64,000 nt of DNA from Promethearchaeia archaeon (lineage in GTDB: Archaea > Asgardarchaeota > Lokiarchaeia > Sigyniarchaeales > SOKP01), in NCBI GenBank assembly GCA_046483985.1, contig JAWOCD010000057.1, positions 64,001 to 128,000 of the forward strand, given 5' to 3'. Below, piece by piece: positions 9,369-20,066 of this stretch. The notes beneath the pieces are model-generated. The model was not told the DNA's origin, searched no databases, and saw nothing but the letters and a program-made list of their open reading frames with translations. Numbering within the stretch: the stretch's first letter is position 1; each line of letters starts with the position of its first letter. A program made the position numbers and the translations under genes.

Positions 9369-11613
9369 AGTGCCGAAAGTAGAAAGTGATGGAGATAAAT
9401 TAGAAGTCGATTTAAAGGAAGATGAAATAGAGCAGATTAAAGATTCTCTAAATCGAGAGCCAAGCCTTACGGAATGGGGGATGTTTGATGTTATGCATTC
9501 CGAACACTGCTCCTACAAGTCCTCTCGCCCTAAATTTAAATATTTTGAAAACGCAGAAGAGAATTATGATTATGTATTGGCAGGTCCCGGACAAGATGCT
9601 GGAGTAATCAATATCGGGGATGGCTATTGTTTGGCCTTTCGAATTGAATCCCATAATCATCCCTCCGCAATAGAACCATATCATGGAGCAGCGACCGGAA
9701 TTGGCGGAATTATTAGAGATATATTATGCATGGGAGTTCGTCCCATCGCTTTATTAGATCCATTGCGCTTTGGGTCTCTTAAAAATAATCCCCATTCGCA
9801 GTGGCTCTTTAAATACGTCGTAAAGGGGATTGCAGATTACGGAAACTGTACTGGCATCCCCACCATTAATGGAGAAGTGGAATTCGATGAAAGTTTCGAG
9901 AATAATTGTTTAGTGAATGTAGGATGCATTGGGATCGGTACGGTTAATGATTTTGAGCATGCGCCCAGTAAAGCCGTCAATCCTGGGGATTATGTTGTCC
10001 TAATGGGAGGAGCCACGGGAAGGGACGGTATACATGGCGTAACCTTTGCCTCACGGACTTTAACTGAGATGTCGGAGGCAGATAGACCAGCGGTGCAAAT
10101 TGGAGACCCTTTCACGAAAAAGTTGATTATTGAAGCAACTTTAGAAGCGATAAAATCCGGATATGTCAGAGGGCTAAAGGACTTAGGGGGTGGAGGTCTT
10201 TCATGTGCATTAAGTGAGCTGACGGGAGACGGAGGGACGGGGGCGGAGATCGACATGAATAAGATATTCACTCGTGAACCGGGAATGAATTCGTTTGAGA
10301 TAATGTTGTCTGAATCTCAAGAACGTATGGCATTTATTGTAAAACCAGAAGGGCTAGAAACGGTATTAAACATTTTTCAGAAATACGAAATGAATCATGC
10401 AGTTATTGGCCGCACCGATGATTCGCAGATTTTAAAAGTATTCAATAAGGATGAATTAGTCGTTAGTTTACCTGCGAAAGCTCTTTCAGATGCTCCTACC
10501 GTGGACAGGGAGGAAAAACGACCTCAAGGATTAGATGGATTATTAAATCAAAAAACTCCAGAGTTTGATCTAGGATTCGATGAGATTATACACAAACTTA
10601 TCAGTTCTGAGAACATTTGTAGTAAAGAATGGATATACCGGCAATATGATCATGAAGTCGGAGTACGTTCGGTGGTGAAATGCGGAGATGGAGATTCAGG
10701 AGTTTTGCGTGTATTGAATACCGATAAATATATTGCTGCTAATGTCTCTGCAAATTCAAAACATTGTTTTCTAGATCCCTTCAATGGTGCTAAAGGAAAT
10801 TTAGTGGAAGCTTGCGGAAATATCATAGCAAATGGGGCAAAACCGATGGCAATGGTAAATTGCTGTAATTTTGGGAATCCTGAAATTCCAGAGTCATATT
10901 GGTATTTCTCCCAAGCGGTGCAGGGGATGGGAGAATTTTGTAAAAAAATGCGAATCCCCATCATAGGAGGGAACGTATCCTTTTACAATGAAGATGAAGC
11001 AACCCAAACGGCAATAAAACCCACCCCCATGATCATGATGGTGGGACTAATTGAGGGGCAAGAAAATATTATTACGTTACCATTTAAAACTGCTGGACAC
11101 GATATATTAATGATTGGGGAAACAAGAGCAGAGTTAGGGGGGTCCGAGTTTCATAACATATTATTCGATATGGATGGTGGAAATCCCCCGAAAGTGAGTG
11201 AAGAAGAGATAAAAAGGCGTTGGAAATTACTGTTTGACCTCTATAGAAAGGGCTATGTATACGCCAATCATGATATAAGTAAAGGCGGCATTATGATTAC
11301 CATTTCAGAGATGTGTTTTCATAATAACCTTGGTGCTGCTTTAGATTTCACGGATCTTTATGAGGGAATGGAAAATTATGACTTTCTATTCAGTGAAACA
11401 GCCGGCAGATTTATCATTGAGACCAAACCAGAGGATTATTTAGAGATTAAGGAAAAGGCGAAAGAATACGGGGTTCAAGTTACGAAATTAGGAACAATTC
11501 TTTCCGATCCGAGGGTCGATGTCAAAGGATTAAAAAATAACAATTTTGTCCTTGATGTGAACAAACTTCGGGACAAACATAATACCACCATTCCCGATTA
11601 TATGGAAATCTAA
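9361..11613 (+). CDS. purL: FGAM synthase subunit PurL
   Basis: SEHCSYKSS, ESHNHPSAIEPY, GRDGIHG, DLGGGG, SESQERM, QYDHEV. Confidence 0.97.
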   Translation: MSRVPKVESDGDKLEVDLKEDEIEQIKDSLNREPSLTEWGMFDVMHSEHCSYKSSRPKFKYFENAEENYDYVLAGPGQDAGVINIGDGYCLAFRIESHNHPSAIEPYHGAATGIGGIIRDILCMGVRPIALLDPLRFGSLKNNPHSQWLFKYVVKGIADYGNCTGIPTINGEVEFDESFENNCLVNVGCIGIGTVNDFEHAPSKAVNPGDYVVLMGGATGRDGIHGVTFASRTLTEMSEADRPAVQIGDPFTKKLIIEATLEAIKSGYVRGLKDLGGGGLSCALSELTGDGGTGAEIDMNKIFTREPGMNSFEIMLSESQERMAFIVKPEGLETVLNIFQKYEMNHAVIGRTDDSQILKVFNKDELVVSLPAKALSDAPTVDREEKRPQGLDGLLNQKTPEFDLGFDEIIHKLISSENICSKEWIYRQYDHEVGVRSVVKCGDGDSGVLRVLNTDKYIAANVSANSKHCFLDPFNGAKGNLVEACGNIIANGAKPMAMVNCCNFGNPEIPESYWYFSQAVQGMGEFCKKMRIPIIGGNVSFYNEDEATQTAIKPTPMIMMVGLIEGQENIITLPFKTAGHDILMIGETRAELGGSEFHNILFDMDGGNPPKVSEEEIKRRWKLLFDLYRKGYVYANHDISKGGIMITISEMCFHNNLGAALDFTDLYEGMENYDFLFSETAGRFIIETKPEDYLEIKEKAKEYGVQVTKLGTILSDPRVDVKGLKNNNFVLDVNKLRDKHNTTIPDYMEI

Positions 11614-11634
11614 AAAGAGATAACAGGAATTTTT

Positions 11635-13035
11635 TTACTCTTTCCCGTTCCAACAATAAGTACACAAATTCTTTTTATCGAGTCCTATAGCATCCAGCAT
11701 ATCGTCGAGCTTCTGATATTTTAAAGAAGTTAAATGTAAACCCTTGCGGATTTCTTCAACCATTGCTTTATATTCTTCCGATTCAGTTTCCGTATATCGG
11801 GAAGGGTCCTCAATATTCTCACCGTTTAACTTCTTAATTGCTCTTCTTGCCGCAAGATCTAGTTCTGAACGAGAACGCGAAAAGTTAAGGTATTTACAGT
11901 TATATACTAACGGAGGGCATGCAGGTCGCATATGCACTTCTTCTGCTCCCGCTTTGAAAAGTTTTCTCACCTTCCGCCTTAATTGCGTTCCGCGGACTAT
12001 CGAATCTTCGCAAAACAACAAACGCTTATTCTTGATTAAATCATTAATTGAGATTAGTTTCATTTCCGCCACACGATTTCTGATAGATTGATCTTGCGGC
12101 ATAAAACTTCGAGGCCATGTCGGAGTGTATTTAACATACGGTCTTGTGAAAGGAATATTTTTTTCATGTGCATATCCTAATCCATGGGCAGTTCCAGAAT
12201 CGGGAATTCCAGCCACCAAATCAATTTCAATATCATCTCTTTTTGCCAGAGAAGATCCGCATCGATATCTTACTTTCTCTACATTAATACCTTCATAACT
12301 TGACGCCGGATATCCATAATATATCCATAAAAATGAACAGATCTTCAAATTCTCAGGGTTAGGAGGGACTTTTTGTTCGATGCCTTCCTTATTTATAAAT
12401 AACACTTCGCCTGGTCCCAAATACTTTTCAACTTCATAACCAAGATTCGGAAAGGCACATGTTTCCAAAGTAGCGGCATAAGACCCAAACTTTTTTCCGA
12501 TAACAAGAGGAGTTCTTCCATATTTATCACGTGCGACATAAAGGCCATTATCTGTTAGGATTAAAAGAGAAATAGAACCGTCAATCATCTTTTGAATTTT
12601 CTCAATTCCCGCGCTAAAGGTATCTTCTTGACTGATAATGGTTGCCACTAATTCTGTAGGATTAATCTTTCCTCCGTGCATTTCTGAGAAATGAGACCCA
12701 TTTTGTAACGCAAACTCTGTTAATTCCGGGATATTGTTAATCTTTCCAACCGTTACCAAAGCGAACACTCCTAAATGAGAATTAATTATCAACGGTTGAT
12801 CATCATAATCGCTAATAACCCCAATTCCTCTATCTCCGTGCATTTTACTTATATCTTTTTCGAACTTTGACCGAAATTGACTGGTTGTTATATCCTTGAT
12901 GAATCTTTGAAATCCTCCAGAGTTTTTGACTGCCAAACCTCCTCTTATTGTTCCCAAATGAGAATGGTAATCTGTTCCATAAAAGAGATCAGCAACGCAA
13001 TCGGAATTAGAAAGAACACCAAAAATTCCTCCCAA
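11635..13035 (-). CDS. purF: Amidophosphoribosyltransferase (variant with N-terminal Gly instead of Cys)
   Basis: RDKYGRTPL, PDSG, EDSIVRGT PRPP loop, LCTYCW; TTG start after a GGTGA SD. Confidence 0.9.
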   Translation of the reverse strand: MGGIFGVLSNSDCVADLFYGTDYHSHLGTIRGGLAVKNSGGFQRFIKDITTSQFRSKFEKDISKMHGDRGIGVISDYDDQPLIINSHLGVFALVTVGKINNIPELTEFALQNGSHFSEMHGGKINPTELVATIISQEDTFSAGIEKIQKMIDGSISLLILTDNGLYVARDKYGRTPLVIGKKFGSYAATLETCAFPNLGYEVEKYLGPGEVLFINKEGIEQKVPPNPENLKICSFLWIYYGYPASSYEGINVEKVRYRCGSSLAKRDDIEIDLVAGIPDSGTAHGLGYAHEKNIPFTRPYVKYTPTWPRSFMPQDQSIRNRVAEMKLISINDLIKNKRLLFCEDSIVRGTQLRRKVRKLFKAGAEEVHMRPACPPLVYNCKYLNFSRSRSELDLAARRAIKKLNGENIEDPSRYTETESEEYKAMVEEIRKGLHLTSLKYQKLDDMLDAIGLDKKNLCTYCWNGKE

Positions 13036-13301
13036 TTTATGCTTTCACCATTTTAATTCTAATCTATTTTTGATAATCGAACATCCTTTGGAAGAATTAA
13101 TATTAATCTCTTAAAAAATTCAATTATTAACCATCTAAGATCTTATCTATCTTCAGTTGATGAAACTTCTTATGAGTTCCTTATTCACATATAAGGTTTC
13201 CTCTTTAAAATATCCGATAATAATGAAAATATAAATGAAAATTATTTATATATATGATTTTTTTAATTATTTAGGATCATTAAAAATTTGGTGATATTTT
13301 T

Positions 13302-13487
13302 TTGAGAGCGCGTACTTGTTTAAAATGCCATGAATATTTAGTGTTACATCCCAGCAATCCAAAAAGCAAAGAGAATGCGAATAGGTTTGAAAAGAAACAT
13401 CGAGGGCATAACTTGGTTACGCTTCAATTAGACGAGATTGATAAGGGGAAATACACAAGTTTTGGAGAGAGTGATAAGAAACCTTAA
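13302..13487 (+). CDS. Small putative Zn-binding protein (CxxC...HxxH)
   Basis: CLKC...HRGH; GGTGA SD upstream of TTG. Confidence 0.7.
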   Translation: MRARTCLKCHEYLVLHPSNPKSKENANRFEKKHRGHNLVTLQLDEIDKGKYTSFGESDKKP

Positions 13488-13569
13488 TATCTATTTCTTT
13501 TTTTCATTATATTATACAAAATCCTATTGGCCTCTTCTTAAAGAAAAAGAAAAAATTTATTTTTAAAGA

Positions 13570-14511
13570 TTATTCACGACGCATTTTAAGTTTGTACCTC
13601 CTATACATAAAGGCTATGGAAAAGACTCCGATTACTATACCCAACAGTATCCACGTGAATATTTGATGAGAATTATTTTGTGAAATCCGATAAATTAAGC
13701 CCTCATCTTCTCCGAGAATCTCTATTTGCGAGTAAGAACCATCACTAGCATAATTTACATTAACAGTATATGATTTTTCGCCATTTCTCTCTATAATAAG
13801 AGAATTCTCATCTGTTGTCGTATTTTCACATTCTAATGAATCTACTAATTCAGTGAGATAACTGCTTATAGGGCTTGGGAAATATTGTCCTTTAAGGATC
13901 AATTGCCAGATAAAATCATCCCCGGTAAGATTTGGGAAAGTTACCTCGTAAGAACTATTCATTTCATCACTCCATTGGTGATAAATATCAAGGCCTGTTT
14001 TATACCTCTCAGCATTTTTAAACACATAAAGGATATAGTTCGGTCTATCGGCATCCACTTCGAAATCATCTTCTGTAAAAGACCAAAGTGATTGATATAT
14101 CTTCCAACTTTCAATTGTGGTATTATAAGCATCATTTATGGTAGAACGATTAACTCCTTCCTCTTTCAATGAAGAGAGAGAAGCAAGACTATTCTCTGGG
14201 ATATAAAGTCCCGTTAGCATTTCATAGACGTTGGTTTCATTATCATACCATCCTAAGTTTATATTTTTAGCCTTCGCATTTTTTTTATTAGCGTCCCCTC
14301 CAAAAAAGTCGTCTGGGGTTAGGGTACTCTCAATTACTTCTTCCCATTCGTTTTTATCATAATCTTCTACAATATAGGTATCAGTTCCTTTATAAAAAGA
14401 AGCACTATAGGTCTTTGCTGTGACAAAGCCACCAATGAATAGGGATAGAGAAGTAAGTAAGGTTAACATCATTAAAAATCCAAGATTTTTAGATTTCATT
14501 GTATTTTTCAC
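13570..14511 (-). CDS. Secreted, C-terminally membrane-anchored hypothetical protein
   Basis: N-terminal signal peptide, C-terminal TM plus basic tail; GGTGA SD; 3 nt downstream of the ABC permease. Confidence 0.8.
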   Translation of the reverse strand: MKNTMKSKNLGFLMMLTLLTSLSLFIGGFVTAKTYSASFYKGTDTYIVEDYDKNEWEEVIESTLTPDDFFGGDANKKNAKAKNINLGWYDNETNVYEMLTGLYIPENSLASLSSLKEEGVNRSTINDAYNTTIESWKIYQSLWSFTEDDFEVDADRPNYILYVFKNAERYKTGLDIYHQWSDEMNSSYEVTFPNLTGDDFIWQLILKGQYFPSPISSYLTELVDSLECENTTTDENSLIIERNGEKSYTVNVNYASDGSYSQIEILGEDEGLIYRISQNNSHQIFTWILLGIVIGVFSIAFMYRRYKLKMRRE

Positions 14512-14514
14512 CTT

Positions 14515-15348
14515 TTATAATTGTCGTTTTTTAAATAGGTAAGCTGCCAGCAAAAAACTTGCAGCCATATATAATAATAATACTATGATTCCACCTTCGA
14601 TAGATGGATGTAACCACTGCCTAAATTTAAAACCTTGTACTTCGAAATCTGTATATCTTCCCGACTTGGAATCAGGAAAATCCTTTGTTATTACACCAGT
14701 TATTAAACGGCTTACAAATTCTAATGAATACAGAGGTTCAAAATCAGGGAGAGCAAGCGTGACAATTGAATCCACGATGCTAAAGCCAATTAATAAGATT
14801 AATATGGTGGCCACGGTTGTCATTAATGAGGTCTTTAAGAAAGAACTAAAAAGCGTAACAAAAGCACTCACTGCTAATAGGTATAGAACAGCTATAGCGA
14901 AGGATTGAAATAATTTAAAATAGATGGGAAGACCATAGAAATACATTGTTGTTAAGGCGGTTAAACCATAGTAAAATCCAATAACAACGATATTTAGGGT
15001 TAAGTTTCCCAGATATTTTCCAATTATGAGTTTAAACTTATTAATTTTGGGAAAGACGATATACCCTGTTTTTTCATGATATTCTGAGCAGATAATTCCT
15101 CCGAAAAAGAAACAGATACTAAAAATCAAGATTAAATTAATGAATCCTAAGGTGTCATTCATATAATTAATTTGTGAGGGGGAGAGTGTATTTTCCGGAA
15201 TTAATAAATACGGCAAGGTTCCCAGTAAAAACGCAATTAAAGATATGATAATAATAAAGATAATGAATTTCTTCCAATTCCTCTTCAATTCAAAAACGTA
15301 GGTATGATAAATCGGTCTAATTTCCGATAAGATTCCTGTGATTTCCAT
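14515..15348 (-). CDS. ABC-2 type transporter permease
   Basis: Six TM segments, EYHEKTG motif; coupled to the ATPase gene. Confidence 0.88.
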   Translation of the reverse strand: MEITGILSEIRPIYHTYVFELKRNWKKFIIFIIIISLIAFLLGTLPYLLIPENTLSPSQINYMNDTLGFINLILIFSICFFFGGIICSEYHEKTGYIVFPKINKFKLIIGKYLGNLTLNIVVIGFYYGLTALTTMYFYGLPIYFKLFQSFAIAVLYLLAVSAFVTLFSSFLKTSLMTTVATILILLIGFSIVDSIVTLALPDFEPLYSLEFVSRLITGVITKDFPDSKSGRYTDFEVQGFKFRQWLHPSIEGGIIVLLLYMAASFLLAAYLFKKRQL

Positions 15349-16397
15349 TATTTTTGACCTCCCTTTTGTGTAGGTGGTATATCCTTTATTTTTTCTGAAT
15401 AGATTTGCTCTAATTGGCTGGTTCGTGGGGCTGTAAATAAAGTTACAGTAAACTTTGATTCGAATTCTTTTATGAGGATTTTTAATATTTCCGCTTTGGA
15501 TTTCTCTTTGCCATCATAATATATCTTGAATGCCTTCTGTTTGGGATTATATTTCACGGGTAATTTAGAAATATTTGGATCTAAATCATTGTCTAAATAT
15601 GGTTTTAATCTCTTGGTAAGAGCATCAATTAAGGGACTTAATTTATCTGGAGGGATTGGATTTAAAAGTTCACAATTTAACTCATTAGTCTTCAATGTTT
15701 TCTCTAGATTACTTATTGTGTCAAATGCGATAATTTTACCGCGATTAAGAAGAGCAACTTTATCACATACCTCAGAGATTTCATATAACATATGAGAGGC
15801 AACAAATATTGTCTTTCCTTGATCTTGGAGATATCTAAGGAACTTGCGGACTTCAATCCGTGCCTTAGGATCTAATCCCGTCTGCGGTTCATCTAAAATA
15901 ATGATTCGTGGATCATGAATAATGGCTTGTATGATCCCTAATTTCTGAGTCATTCCCTTACTGTAATTCTCGACTTTTTCGTATTTCCATTCGGATAACT
16001 GAAACAGATCCATTAATTCATTAATATGTTCATCGATCTTTTCTTTTGGGAACTCTTGTAATTTTGCAAAATATTTAAGCAATTGATATGCCGTCATATC
16101 CTCGTAAAAAGATGGAATGTCAATTAAAAAACCACGTTTTACCAAGTCTTGCGTCGTCCCATTTAATTCTTGCAATTCGCCTGTTTTATCTCGTATTAAA
16201 ATTCTTCCCTTATTTGGTCTCAATAATTGAGCTATCATCTTAATTGTCGTTGTTTTCCCAGCACCGTTAGGGCCTACCAATCCAATAGTTTCTCCTTCAT
16301 GGACTTCGAGATTTACACCGTCAACTGCGACTAATTCACCGAATCTTTTCGTTAAGTCTTCCAATTTTAGAACTGTTTTAGTTTTAGTCTTAGACAT
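15348..16397 (-). CDS. ABC transporter ATP-binding protein
   Basis: GPNGAGKTT, YSKGM, LDEPQTGLDP, SH. Confidence 0.95.
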   Translation of the reverse strand: MSKTKTKTVLKLEDLTKRFGELVAVDGVNLEVHEGETIGLVGPNGAGKTTTIKMIAQLLRPNKGRILIRDKTGELQELNGTTQDLVKRGFLIDIPSFYEDMTAYQLLKYFAKLQEFPKEKIDEHINELMDLFQLSEWKYEKVENYSKGMTQKLGIIQAIIHDPRIIILDEPQTGLDPKARIEVRKFLRYLQDQGKTIFVASHMLYEISEVCDKVALLNRGKIIAFDTISNLEKTLKTNELNCELLNPIPPDKLSPLIDALTKRLKPYLDNDLDPNISKLPVKYNPKQKAFKIYYDGKEKSKAEILKILIKEFESKFTVTLFTAPRTSQLEQIYSEKIKDIPPTQKGGQK

Positions 16398-16492
16398 TTT
16401 TATAACAATTTTGAATAAAATTTGGGTTAATTTTAAAGTTTTTACTTAAAATAATAAAGTTGAATAAAAATGGATCAGAAAAAGTTAAGCGA

Positions 16493-17026
16493 TCAGAGAA
16501 CCTCTTTTTTATAAAAAAGGAGTTCTTCCACACAAACATCATTTTCAGCATCGTTCTCGAGGTAATTGATCTCTATCTTCTTAATCTCGTCTCCGATTAA
16601 CTCCCTAAAAGCAACTTCAAAATACCCTTTGTTAATCCTGCAAAAGGCTTTACCGTATTGGAGCTTTTTCCTGTCCTTGAACGGATCTCGGAGAAAACAC
16701 TTATTACCTATAATAATTCTTGTCTTCACAGAGTCCTCCTCGATTTTTCTTATTTGAACTGAATAAAATGCCGTTAATTCCTGAAGAAGAATCTGTATTG
16801 CTTCCTCGATTTCAAATTCGTCTTTTCCAGATTCTTTCTTTATTCTGTTTGCTATAATTTGTCCAGGACCCGATCCCGTTTGATACAGCATAGATAAGAG
16901 GCTATTCCTTCCGAAAATATCATATATCTTCTCTACCATAGATTCCGCAATAATTTCAAAACCTTTCATCGAATTGATGTTTTTTGGATCATTTTCTATC
17001 CTTCTATTCAATTCTTCTTTATCCAA
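16493..17026 (-). CDS. V4R/HNOB-like small-ligand-binding domain protein
   Basis: LYQTGSGPG helix, C..C..C pattern (KCF, FCRINKGY, VCV). Confidence 0.55.
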   Translation of the reverse strand: MDKEELNRRIENDPKNINSMKGFEIIAESMVEKIYDIFGRNSLLSMLYQTGSGPGQIIANRIKKESGKDEFEIEEAIQILLQELTAFYSVQIRKIEEDSVKTRIIIGNKCFLRDPFKDRKKLQYGKAFCRINKGYFEVAFRELIGDEIKKIEINYLENDAENDVCVEELLFYKKEVL

Positions 17027-17151
17027 ATTAAAATCCCCTACAAATATAAAATTATATAATTAGATTTTGTATTGGGTATTAATTAAGTTTTATTTTCCCC
17101 ATCAATAACCATTTAATTTTTTGATATATTTTATTAAATTACTAAATAGAT

Positions 17152-19197
17152 TTGATGATCATGAAAAAGCTGATTAATTCTCATCAAAAAGAAATAGAAA
17201 GCCTCATGAAAGAAATATTAATAGGTGAGATGACTAAAAAAGAATTTTTTGTTAGGTTGAGAGAAACGGATACCACCTTCCAGAAGTTGACAGATTCAAA
17301 TGATGAGAAAATTAAAAGACTTTTTTTTGATTTAACTACTTTTTCAGGAAAGCGCTTTAACTTTAAAGAGTTCTGTAAGATTATAGAAAAATTAGCGGAG
17401 TGGAATAAAAGCTATCGGCAAAATTACCGTGCTGTTCGAATGTTTAAAAATATGATCCTTACCAAGCCCAAAGGGGCGGGAAAAAATTATCCGATTCTTA
17501 CCGTCGAGGATTTGATTAAGAAACTAAATATTTTCAATGGACTTAAATATTTTGATGAGGTAACGCCATATAAAATTGTAAAAGTGGCCTCACATGATTT
17601 TTCTAAGTATAAATTAAGCGAACGAAAATATGAAAAGATAATTCATCTCATTCTGAAAAAGAAATTTTTACAGAACCATGGAAAACTGCTAAACAAGATT
17701 GGTAACGCTTATGTAGAGAGAAAATCGTACGAAAAAGGAATTAACTTCTTTAAAAAGGCATTAATCATTAATGAGCAAAAAGAAAGTATTGAGGGGATTG
17801 TTTTTACAATGGTCAATATCGGCGATGCGCATATGGAGCAGGAGAATTATCAAAGAGCATTAAAAACCTATGAAAAAGCACTTGAAATCGGAAACTTAGA
17901 GGAGAATAATCCAGGAGCTGCATTAGCAAATGAACGGTTAGGGAAATTACATTATCTTCAAAAAAATTATGAGGAAGGCATTAAGTATTATAAAAAATCC
18001 CTCTCCTTAGATAAACACACCGAAAATTGGAAAAAATTAGCATCCACTACACATAAAATTGGAAATATTTTTGATAAAATAAAAAAATATAAGAAGGCCG
18101 TCAATGCATACAAACAATCTATTGAATACAATAAAAAAACTGATGATTTCAAAAAAATTTCCATTACATCCAGCAAAATAGGAAAAATTTATCTCAAACA
18201 AAGGAAACATAAAAAAGCTATAAAATATTTTAAGCAATCTTTGGAGTTTATTTTAGACCAGGAGAATTGGACGCAAGCCGCTATTTCATCCAATAAACTA
18301 GCAAAAGTTTATCTAAAGGTTAATGATAAGAAAAAATCTATCAAGTATCTCAATGATTCCATAAAATATAATGAGAAAACTGAGAATTGGAAAGAAATGG
18401 CAATTGCAACCATTAAGATCGCCAATCTTTATATAGAAGAGCAAGATTTTGAGAATGCAATCAAATATTTCAAACAAACTGTTGAGTTCGATATAAAAAA
18501 TAAGAATTACGATGAAATCGCTCTCACATCAACCAGAATAGGGAATTTATTGCTAAAGTTGAATAAAAAAGAAATGGCAATTGAGTACTTCAAAAAATCC
18601 GTAAAATTTAATGAAATGTATAATAATTGGAAGGAAATCGCCTATACATACAAGCGTATCGGTGATATTTACTATATGCTAAGAGATCTGGAGAATGATA
18701 TCAAATATTATAAAAAATCCAAAAAGATATATCTAAAAATCAAAAAATGGAAAAGCGCTGCTCGCATCAGTTCTAAATTAGGGAGATTCTATTTAAAGAT
18801 GGATAAAGTCAAACTTGCACTCAAGTCTGCCATCGAAACTCTTCATTATAACCTAAAATATGGAGATTGGAAACCTCAGCATGAAGAAATAGTGGGAAAG
18901 GGAGAAAAATTATTTGAACAAGGAAAACTTCCAGAAGCATTACAAGAATATGAAAAAATTGATTTAAAGGAGTACCAGGATATCCCCTATCGACAAGGAA
19001 AATACTTTCTCCGTGCCTACGAAGTAATTGGAGATGTCCTTGCAAGCCAATACCGGTACCAGATTGCTCGCGTTTATTTGAATAAAGCAATGGATTGCTG
19101 TGAATTAATTGAAAACGAGAAGTTCTGGGGTATTTTAACCAATAAATTGAAGGTGCTGAATCTGAAAGACCGAAGTTATCAACTCAAAACTGAATAA
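17152..19197 (+). CDS. Tetratricopeptide repeat protein
   Basis: About 10 ~40-aa repeats of the form (K)IG.IY.....Y..AI.YFK.S. Confidence 0.9.
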   Translation: MMIMKKLINSHQKEIESLMKEILIGEMTKKEFFVRLRETDTTFQKLTDSNDEKIKRLFFDLTTFSGKRFNFKEFCKIIEKLAEWNKSYRQNYRAVRMFKNMILTKPKGAGKNYPILTVEDLIKKLNIFNGLKYFDEVTPYKIVKVASHDFSKYKLSERKYEKIIHLILKKKFLQNHGKLLNKIGNAYVERKSYEKGINFFKKALIINEQKESIEGIVFTMVNIGDAHMEQENYQRALKTYEKALEIGNLEENNPGAALANERLGKLHYLQKNYEEGIKYYKKSLSLDKHTENWKKLASTTHKIGNIFDKIKKYKKAVNAYKQSIEYNKKTDDFKKISITSSKIGKIYLKQRKHKKAIKYFKQSLEFILDQENWTQAAISSNKLAKVYLKVNDKKKSIKYLNDSIKYNEKTENWKEMAIATIKIANLYIEEQDFENAIKYFKQTVEFDIKNKNYDEIALTSTRIGNLLLKLNKKEMAIEYFKKSVKFNEMYNNWKEIAYTYKRIGDIYYMLRDLENDIKYYKKSKKIYLKIKKWKSAARISSKLGRFYLKMDKVKLALKSAIETLHYNLKYGDWKPQHEEIVGKGEKLFEQGKLPEALQEYEKIDLKEYQDIPYRQGKYFLRAYEVIGDVLASQYRYQIARVYLNKAMDCCELIENEKFWGILTNKLKVLNLKDRSYQLKTE

Positions 19198-19240
19198 TAC
19201 CAAAAACCAAATATAAAAATGTTTGTATGTATAATATACG

Positions 19241-19280
19241 AAATTCATCCCCACCCTAAAGGGATGGGGACTTCTTTCGC
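19241..19280. mobile_element. Isolated IS200/IS605-type end hairpin
   Basis: AATTCATCCCCACCCTAAAGGGATGGGGACTTCTT, near-identical in layout to 568-606. Confidence 0.65.
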
Positions 19281-19405
19281 AGATCGTTAACAAAACTTAG
19301 GGAGTAATATTTCTATAATATAACCATATATAGACAAAAATTTTCTACTTTTATATAACCTAATAAAATAGAATTAAAAAAATACATTAGAGATGAAATA
19401 TATCA

Positions 19406-19564
19406 ATGAAATTAGTCACCGTACATTTACCCGAACAATATATAAGCGGGATTGAGGAATTAGTTGGTCAAAACTTTTATCCAAATCGATCCGAAGCGAT
19501 ACGTGTCGCTATCCGTGATCTCCTCAAAAGTGAGCTTAGTTCTCTCTTACGTAGAGATGAATAA
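19406..19564 (+). CDS. Ribbon-helix-helix transcription regulator, CdrS/CopG-like (52 aa; not in ORF track)
   Basis: MKLVTVHLPEQYISGIEELVGQNFYPNRSEAIRVAIRDLLKSELSSLLRRDE*; YPNRSEAIR signature. Confidence 0.9.
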   Translation: MKLVTVHLPEQYISGIEELVGQNFYPNRSEAIRVAIRDLLKSELSSLLRRDE

Positions 19565-19792
19565 TTAAACTATTTTTTCTTATCTCCTTTTTTACTTTAT
19601 TTTTATAAAATCTTCTTAAAGATAATTCTTATTTTAATCTTTTTTTGGTTCACTAGAACCTTTTTTTCGTTAGATATGCACGAGTCGAAGGATTGGATCT
19701 TTAGAATATTATCTGGATATTACTTAGGTATATTATCCTTAGATGTGTGAAGTAATATATACTATTAAAAATAAAAAAATGAGATGATATGA

Positions 19793-19948
19793 TTGAAACT
19801 TATAACTTTACACGTTCCTGAGCAATATATTTCCGGAATAGAGACTTTGGTAAATGAAAAAATGTATCCCAATCGATCTGAAGCCATCCGTGTTGCAATC
19901 AGGGATTTATTAAAAAATGAGCTTACATTCTTGAGGAGTTCGGAATAA
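19793..19948 (+). CDS. Second ribbon-helix-helix regulator, CdrS/CopG-like paralog (51 aa; not in ORF track)
   Basis: TTG start; MKLITLHVPEQYISGIETLVNEKMYPNRSEAIRVAIRDLLKNELTFLRSSE*. Confidence 0.88.
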   Translation: MKLITLHVPEQYISGIETLVNEKMYPNRSEAIRVAIRDLLKNELTFLRSSE

Positions 19949-20066
19949 TCCAGAATACATTAAATTTTATCAGAGAAACAACGTTATTCTTACCTTACCG
20001 GAATTTGGATAAAGAGATTTTAGGAGAGAGCAATTAATTTTTTTTCCAATCCTTCTTTTTATATTT

